A stretch of DNA of 12,790 nt from Candidatus Krumholzibacteriales bacterium. GTDB lineage: Bacteria; Krumholzibacteriota; Krumholzibacteriia; Krumholzibacteriales; WJIX01. A program made the position numbers and the translations under genes. The DNA is taken from the NCBI GenBank assembly GCA_046483305.1, contig JAWODM010000076.1, positions 1-12,790 of the forward strand, written 5' to 3'. Under the pieces are notes generated by a model. That model was given only the letters and a program-made list of their open reading frames with translations. It made no database searches and was not told the DNA's origin. Positions 7,859 to 12,790 of this stretch are shown here, one piece after another. Position 1 is the stretch's first letter. Each line of letters begins with the position of its first letter.

Positions 7859-9514
7859 TCACCTCAGCAGGACAAGTTTCCTGGTCCGGACTTCCCCGCC
7901 CGCCTTCAGACAACAGTAGTAGATCCCGGAAGCAACCGGCCTGCCGGTATCGCTTCGGCCATCCCAGACGATTTCGCCCCGTCCAACATGTTTCATGCCG
8001 CCGATCAGCGTCCTGACCTTCCTCCCTGCCGTATCGTAGATTGCCATACGCAGCGGTGATTCATTCGGAACGTAGAACGAAATCGTTGCCGCCGGGTTGA
8101 AAGGATTGGGAACCACCGGCCCTATCGAGGGCGCAGAAGATGTCCGGTCCACCGGCTCTGCAGAGGTGATCTTATCTGTGGTAATCGCATAGAGGTCAAC
8201 CATATCGCCGGGGGCCTGCGTGATAACCGGATCGAACCGCAGACGTGTTATCGCGCCGGCATAAAGCGGGTGCGAGGCCAGATCGACTTCATATGAACGG
8301 ACCTCGCCGTCTGGAACGACCGTTACTGTCAGGCGCCTTTCGCTGCTGAAGACGCCGTCCGCTCCCGCAAAGAAGAGTTCCGCCTGATCGCTGACGGTAT
8401 GGTGAGCGCAGGTAATATAGATAATGGGCACATCTTCAGCCTGCCACATGCTGTGCGGGAGGGTAACCCGCGGGTCTGCAGAGTCTAGAGTCATCCTCCA
8501 GAACCCGCTGTAGGGCGGGCTGGTGTCGCTGAGGTTATAAGGCGCGCAATGCTGCCGGTCCCGGTCGAAGACGCAGTCCGGACCGGCCTCCGGGGCATGG
8601 TTGTATACGTAGCTCCGGATATCGTCAAAAAGGTCGCCGAGGATCAGGGTGTACTCATACTGGTAGACGATGTCGTGATCAAGAATATCTGTATGCAGCG
8701 GAGCGATGTAACCGGTGTTATCATCCCTCGGTCCACCGCCGCCCGGAGTGCCGTGGAATCCTCCCACGGTCAGGATGGTGCCGGGGTTATATATTCCCAG
8801 GCCCCAGTCATCGTCGTTTACCAGAGCCGACCAGCACTCTGTGCTTTTCCAGTAGGTCCAGGGAGGCCCGCTGTTGTTAATCTGTGTGAGCGCAGCGCCG
8901 GTATAAGATTCATCCCCCGTATAGGTAAACAGCCGGTGCAGGGTACCGACCGTGTATACGGCAGGCAGTTCCTGGTGTCTGCCGCTGTAGAGGGCAGAAT
9001 CGCCGCGCGCGTTGATCAGGCGGCTTCGAACGTGGACACGGTTCGCCTCCAGGGTGATCCAGGTCTCCATGGTGCATTCCGAGTCTACGTTGAGCAGGGC
9101 CCACTGCTTGGGGACGCACTTGACGTAGAGCGAGTCGCCGTCGTTGCGGTCGTCGAATGCCCACGATCTGTATCCATAGACATCTCCTGCCTGGACCGGA
9201 TTCCAGCCCCAGCCCTGGTACGCCGGATGCTGGTACTCGCCTTCCGGGATGAATGGATCAGGACCGCTGTAGTATGACTGCTGGATATACCGGCCGAGGT
9301 CACGGATGTTTACCACACTGGCATCCGCACCGCTCTCGCTCAGGTAGCTTATTGCTCCGCCGCGCTCAAGATCTATCCCCACACGAATGACGCCGTTGTC
9401 GAGGTAGCTTATCCGGGCAAAGAGCGGAGCGGGCAGAACGGCCGTCATCATGGCGCTGAATATGATCATGACGATGAATAGACCGGTGAGAGAGCGCTTT
9501 GTTGTTGAATCCAT
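7859..9514 (-). CDS. Secreted multidomain protein: uncharacterised beta-supersandwich-like domain, CBM-like domain and FlgD-Ig/T9SS-type C-terminal domain
   Basis: The likely start is ATG 9514 (MDSTTKRSLTGLFIVMIIFSAMMTAVLPAPLFA, signal peptide); the track's TTG at 9589 is the -35 box. YLDNGVIRVGIDLERGGAISYL is a mutarotase-like start. YEVDLASHPLYAGAITRLRFDP is CBM-like. The C-terminus is PNPFNP...GRKVRTL...WDGRSDTGRPVASGIYY...RKLVLLR. Confidence 0.8.
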   Translation of the reverse strand: MDSTTKRSLTGLFIVMIIFSAMMTAVLPAPLFARISYLDNGVIRVGIDLERGGAISYLSESGADASVVNIRDLGRYIQQSYYSGPDPFIPEGEYQHPAYQGWGWNPVQAGDVYGYRSWAFDDRNDGDSLYVKCVPKQWALLNVDSECTMETWITLEANRVHVRSRLINARGDSALYSGRHQELPAVYTVGTLHRLFTYTGDESYTGAALTQINNSGPPWTYWKSTECWSALVNDDDWGLGIYNPGTILTVGGFHGTPGGGGPRDDNTGYIAPLHTDILDHDIVYQYEYTLILGDLFDDIRSYVYNHAPEAGPDCVFDRDRQHCAPYNLSDTSPPYSGFWRMTLDSADPRVTLPHSMWQAEDVPIIYITCAHHTVSDQAELFFAGADGVFSSERRLTVTVVPDGEVRSYEVDLASHPLYAGAITRLRFDPVITQAPGDMVDLYAITTDKITSAEPVDRTSSAPSIGPVVPNPFNPAATISFYVPNESPLRMAIYDTAGRKVRTLIGGMKHVGRGEIVWDGRSDTGRPVASGIYYCCLKAGGEVRTRKLVLLR

Positions 9515-9560
9515 GATGACTTTCGTTTGCTCCAGAGTTAGTGTTGTGTAGATCAATACA

Positions 9561-9589
9561 ATTATAAGAAATGTGGTTTCTTCTGTCAA
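9561..9589 (-). promoter_or_regulatory. Perfect-consensus sigma70 promoter
   Basis: TTGACA (9589-9584), 17 nt, TATAAT (9566-9561); about 47 nt upstream of ATG 9514. Confidence 0.88.
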
Positions 9590-9665
9590 AGTCGAGAGTT
9601 CCTGGAAGATAATCTACAACCCAATAGTTTGAACTTACTCGATATCCATTTTCCTTAAGAAAATT

Positions 9666-9727
9666 GCTTAACAATAACAAGTTCACCGGCAAGCCCGGCA
9701 GGGCTTGCCCGGCGCAACCGGTCAGAT
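9666..9727 (-). mobile_element. attC-like (59-be) integron cassette recombination site, degenerate
   Basis: 62 bp starting 12 nt after the stop: R'' ATCTGAC, CG, L'' GTTGCGCCGG, GCAAGCCC-TGCC-GGGCTTG, L' CCGGTGAAC, TTGTTATT, R' GTTAAGC. It is a long imperfect palindrome with an unpaired base in L''. Confidence 0.7.
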
Positions 9728-9738
9728 GCCACCTTCAT

Positions 9739-10011
9739 CTACCGGGGCACCAGGGGAACCCAGCGCATGTGAATGATATTCATCAATACGAATCCGCTGA
9801 CCCAGAGTACAGCTTTGAACGTGAGCGGTTCTACAAATGCTGCACCCAGGATAGCTGCAACGAATGGGATAACAGCCAGCATCGCAGTGTAAGGTACTCC
9901 GACCTTTTTGCCGCATGACTTGCATGTCGCAGGCAGGGCAGGCCCCAGGCACATCTTGCGTAGAATGGAAATTCCCGGATTCCCGCAATTGGGACATCTT
10001 AACTTGTTCAT
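9739..10011 (-). CDS. Small CxxC-20-CxxC zinc-ribbon membrane protein (gene-cassette-like)
   Basis: CPNC, exactly 20 aa, CKSC, then two hydrophobic helices (TIGR04104-like architecture). GGAG lies 8 nt before the ATG. Confidence 0.82.
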   Translation of the reverse strand: MNKLRCPNCGNPGISILRKMCLGPALPATCKSCGKKVGVPYTAMLAVIPFVAAILGAAFVEPLTFKAVLWVSGFVLMNIIHMRWVPLVPR

Positions 10012-10027
10012 CGTCTCATCTCCGTGG

Positions 10028-10099
10028 CACTAACAGGGTTGCGGATCATCGGGGGGCGGAACAGCACGCTTGCTCTCGGCGACTACCGTCCCCTGCAGC
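10028..10099 (-). mobile_element. Degenerate attC-like site (left R'' end missing)
   Basis: GCTGCAGGGGACGG...CCGCCCCCCGATGATCCGCAACCCT-GTTAGTG. The GGGG(A)CGG/CCGCCCC stem ends in a GTT core 23 nt before the next ATG. Confidence 0.5.
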
Positions 10100-10105
10100 T
10101 GCTAC

Positions 10106-10160
10106 TTTCATTGACTAATTTAAATTTACTTCTTAAGTCAACTACAATATTTACTTAAGC
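10106..10160 (-). mobile_element. Possible AT-rich attC remnant overlapping the CPBP stop codon
   Basis: GCTTAAG (R''-like, contains the TAA stop), 5 nt, ATTGTAGT (L''-like), with TTGACT...AGTCAA inverted repeat (10111-10141). No R' GTT core follows. Confidence 0.35.
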
Positions 10161-10976
10161 AACACCTTTAAATTCACCTTTATGATAAAGAACCAACCAC
10201 ACGATTAAAATCGGAATTGCAGCCATTAACGAATTTTGCATTAGTGCCGGTTCTGTTTTTACTTCCCAATTTAACAGCTTCATCGTAATCAAATTATTAT
10301 ACGAATGCATCAATACACAAGGCCAGACACTTTTTGATTCTAAATATAACCATCCAAATATAAAACCCAACAAGACATATATAAATAGTGTTACTAAAAT
10401 CCCAATCAGGGTAAAATAAAAATTATTGCCACCATCCGCAAAAATTAAAAAAGGCATATGCCATAATGACCAGAAACCCCCGCTTATTAAGAAAACCTTC
10501 CAACGTCCTAAAGGACGTAACTTTTCTACTAAATAACTTCGCCACCCAAATTCTTCACCAATGAATATGAAAAAACCGCCAAAAAGGTTTATGGGAATTC
10601 TATAAAGACCACCTGTAATTTCGTCAGGATTAATAGCCGAATAGCCGAAAATCAAATGAAGAATATCCTGAACTCCGTTCCAGAAGAAAGGCAATAAAAT
10701 AGCTAACAACCAGTAACGCCAGGCTATTTTTCTTATTCCAAGGTGTGCGTCCTTATAACCTTCTTTTGAAATTAAAGAACGAATAATTACTGCAGCAAGC
10801 AAAGGACTATATGGGCCAAGGATACCCAAAACTGCATTCCAATAATTATTTCCTTTTGAAACGGTGACTTTCGTTAGTATAAATGGAATCCAAAACAGCG
10901 CATAGGAAATACATAAGAAAGTGATTATATGTGACCAATTAATTATACGATTTTTTATAAATAATTTCTTATTCAT
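10155..10976 (-). CDS. CPBP-family intramembrane glutamic endopeptidase (CAAX protease / Abi family)
   Basis: GEEFGWRSY (EExxxR), FWSLWH (FxxxH) and MHSYNN (HxxxN) motifs; multiple TM helices; low GC. Confidence 0.93.
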   Translation of the reverse strand: MNKKLFIKNRIINWSHIITFLCISYALFWIPFILTKVTVSKGNNYWNAVLGILGPYSPLLAAVIIRSLISKEGYKDAHLGIRKIAWRYWLLAILLPFFWNGVQDILHLIFGYSAINPDEITGGLYRIPINLFGGFFIFIGEEFGWRSYLVEKLRPLGRWKVFLISGGFWSLWHMPFLIFADGGNNFYFTLIGILVTLFIYVLLGFIFGWLYLESKSVWPCVLMHSYNNLITMKLLNWEVKTEPALMQNSLMAAIPILIVWLVLYHKGEFKGVA

Positions 10977-11192
10977 GAATAATAATAGTTTCCGCGAGAC
11001 AATCCCGAATGTTCGACAGTCAGGATGAAAGAAATATTGACAAAAACCGATGCCCAGTTCAACAAGTTATGCGCCATACCCCAAAGAACGCTCAATAGAG
11101 TTCCATAAAATAATTTTCTTATTGACCAATGATATGACACGAATCTTCATAATTTTCTTACCGATTGTTTTCCCATTGAACTCCTCCATCAT
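10969..11192 (-). pseudogene. RDD-family membrane protein pseudogene (3' half)
   Basis: Hand translation: FNGKTIGKKIMKIRVISLVNKKIILWNSIERSLGYGA*LVELGIGFCQYFFHPDCRT, a 1-nt frameshift at ~11009, then RDCLAETIIIHE*. It matches the RDD motifs GxTxGK...IRV and (H)DxxAxTxV. In-frame TAA at 11069-11067; 5' half absent. Confidence 0.85.
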
Positions 11193-11225
11193 AGGAGTTT
11201 ACTATAATATCAGCATAAGATTCAA

Positions 11226-11303
11226 TTATATACCAATCAACATCCGAAATGTCGACATAACAAGAATAATGACAAATATAGAAAATTTAAATACTTTCAA
11301 CAT
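11226..11303 (-). pseudogene. Signal-peptide-only remnant of an exported-protein gene
   Basis: GAGGGAG upstream of ATG 11303; MLKVFKFSIFVIILVMSTFRMLIGI* (25 aa); starts 37 nt after the lipoprotein stop. Confidence 0.35.
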
Positions 11304-11339
11304 TGCCGATAGTGCTCCCTCTTCTAAAGAAATAGTAAA

Positions 11340-12479
11340 TCAATCTATAACATTATTATAAATCCATAGTTCAAAGGGGTATACATCTCCCTCACCAGTA
11401 AATGCTCCAGCAGAAAATACAAAGTTATCACCACTTGGGCTGAAACTGAAATCGCCATTATATATAAACCTGCAAAGTGATTTGTGAGTTCTGACATCGA
11501 GATCCTTGGATTCCTGTGTATTAAAATTCAGGATTTCTATATGACCCCCGGTGGAGGTGCCCTCATATGAAAAATAGCTGATAAGTAATAGTTCCCTGTT
11601 TTTTGGATGAGCACTCAGAGATATAAATTCTCCCTTTCGTTCAGCGATAACAATTGGGTCATTATCGGAGCTTTCTAAATTCAATTTCAAATAACGGGTA
11701 ATTGCATGTGGGCCCCTCCCCGAACAGAGCCCCATAAACATAAGACTGCCGTCATGACTTAATGAAAATTGATTTTCCGTTGAAGATTCTAAATTAATGG
11801 CATATAAAAGGCTGTCAGCGATTGCCTGTGTACTATCGGCATATCTCCAATAAAATCCACTAATCCCTGTTTCAGGATTGGTGCCGTAGAATATTATCCC
11901 CTCTTTACCTGGCCAGCTCGCTATACTTTGTGGAGACCAGTTCTCCCCCACCAGTTCTTCATCAATAATAGTTCTCTCATCTGATAAAATAATGCGGGCT
12001 GCCTTTTGAGCGCCGTCCGCGCTGTAAGTGATCAGTAATCTATCATTCTGAGAATCGAGCCTTAATGATCCAATACAGTGAGGAAAATTGAAAGTGGAGT
12101 ATGATTGATATTCAAAACTGTTACTTTCAAAATTGACCTCAAATATACCGGAGAAATATTGTCCATCGAGATAAGTTACAGTTGTTGTATATAGTTTTCC
12201 CGGTTCTACCCAAACCGGATTTTCAAGATAGCTAACTGGTTGCCCTTTATTAACATCCCGATCATCAGGTCCCGAATATCCCAGATAAATCAATCGAGTT
12301 AATTTCGGATTAAGATCCACTTCGCCACAACTTGGCGAATATACGGTTTCCTCACAAGACACCAACAAAATTATGAATGCTATTAAAAATAAGGTTCCGT
12401 ATACGTATGATTGTTTTAATAACTTTAAGATATTTATTCCCCTAAAGATAAAGTTCCCCCAAGACCCATTTAGGGTCAT
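11340..12479 (-). CDS. Lipoprotein with predicted beta-propeller (TolB-like) domain
   Basis: LFLIAFIILLVS|C lipobox; propeller-like blades (NPVWVEPG, FSLSHDGSLMF, LSAHPKNRELLL, FSFSPSGDNFVF, ELWIY). The start is uncertain (ATG 12479 or ATC 12431). Confidence 0.75.
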   Translation of the reverse strand: MTLNGSWGNFIFRGINILKLLKQSYVYGTLFLIAFIILLVSCEETVYSPSCGEVDLNPKLTRLIYLGYSGPDDRDVNKGQPVSYLENPVWVEPGKLYTTTVTYLDGQYFSGIFEVNFESNSFEYQSYSTFNFPHCIGSLRLDSQNDRLLITYSADGAQKAARIILSDERTIIDEELVGENWSPQSIASWPGKEGIIFYGTNPETGISGFYWRYADSTQAIADSLLYAINLESSTENQFSLSHDGSLMFMGLCSGRGPHAITRYLKLNLESSDNDPIVIAERKGEFISLSAHPKNRELLLISYFSYEGTSTGGHIEILNFNTQESKDLDVRTHKSLCRFIYNGDFSFSPSGDNFVFSAGAFTGEGDVYPFELWIYNNVID

Positions 12480-12529
12480 TATTCAAAGGTTATTTGTAAT
12501 AATGAAACATATTACCAAGTACAAAGTCC

Positions 12530-12558
12530 ATTATATCATACTATATATTATGTGTCAC
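12530..12558 (-). promoter_or_regulatory. sigma70 promoter with extended -10
   Basis: GTGACA (12558-12553), 17 nt ending in TGA, TATAAT (12535-12530). Confidence 0.65.
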
Positions 12559-12790
12559 TGCACATATCCGTTTTCTCGGGAATAGGAATAGAGATCATGA
12601 CCCACCTCCTGCTCTAAGGAAGCTTCTTTGTTTTGGGGAGGGGGAGTGGGCGGCTCTTCGGGGGGCGGTGGAGTCTGTGCGGGGTGGCGGGGAAGAAAAA
12701 GAAGAAGAACTACAGGAAGAGTTAATAAAAGAGATAGAGATCCGGGAAGAGACTGAGGCTGAAATTGCTTCTGGCGAGGAAATCTTTTTC

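Noticed and set aside
9366..9692. 108-aa minus ORF and the mini-ORF AAGGA-ATG GAT ATC GAG TAA after GTTAAGC
   Set aside because: The ORF starts inside the attC and crosses the promoter and the next gene. The 4-codon ORF might be a cassette stub but is too short to support.
10155..10976. CPBP/'Abi' protein as a phage-defence system
   Set aside because: The family name is not evidence of abortive infection, and no defence partners are adjacent.
11050..11361. 103-aa plus ORF
   Set aside because: Antisense to the RDD pseudogene and the signal-peptide remnant.
10049..12668. Identical 11-mer TCGGGGGGCGG at 10049-10059 and 12658-12668
   Set aside because: Repeated 11-mers are expected by chance in 12.8 kb, and this one is low complexity.
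1..12790. CRISPR array, tRNA/rRNA, integrase, transposase or reverse transcriptase
   Set aside because: No regularly spaced repeats, tRNA cloverleaf or matching catalytic motifs found by eye.

Overview
Bacterial chromosomal window with two parts. The two FlgD-Ig/T9SS-like C-terminal domains suggest an FCB-superphylum host such as Krumholzibacteriota or Latescibacterota (inference). Bases 1-5074 look like GC-rich core genome. A minus-strand run of tyrS, an AhpD/CMD protein, a predicted outer-membrane beta-barrel protein and a Wzz/GumC-like polysaccharide co-polymerase (missed by the ORF track, runs off the left edge) is divergent from a secreted papain-family (C1A) peptidase. Bases ~5400-12790 form an accessory, partly decayed region. 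An HNH-endonuclease-family gene is cut off before its nuclease domain. It is followed by a co-oriented minus-strand series: a nucleotidyltransferase/partner-gene remnant, a lipoprotein, a putative secreted carbohydrate-active protein, a CxxC-20-CxxC membrane protein, a CPBP/Abi protease, an RDD pseudogene and a beta-propeller lipoprotein. The series has sharp GC shifts and several degenerate attC-like sites. The best reading is an eroded integron-type cassette array with no integrase in the window, in which three large genes have their own near-consensus sigma70 promoters. Family assignments come from motif recognition by eye, not from database searches.
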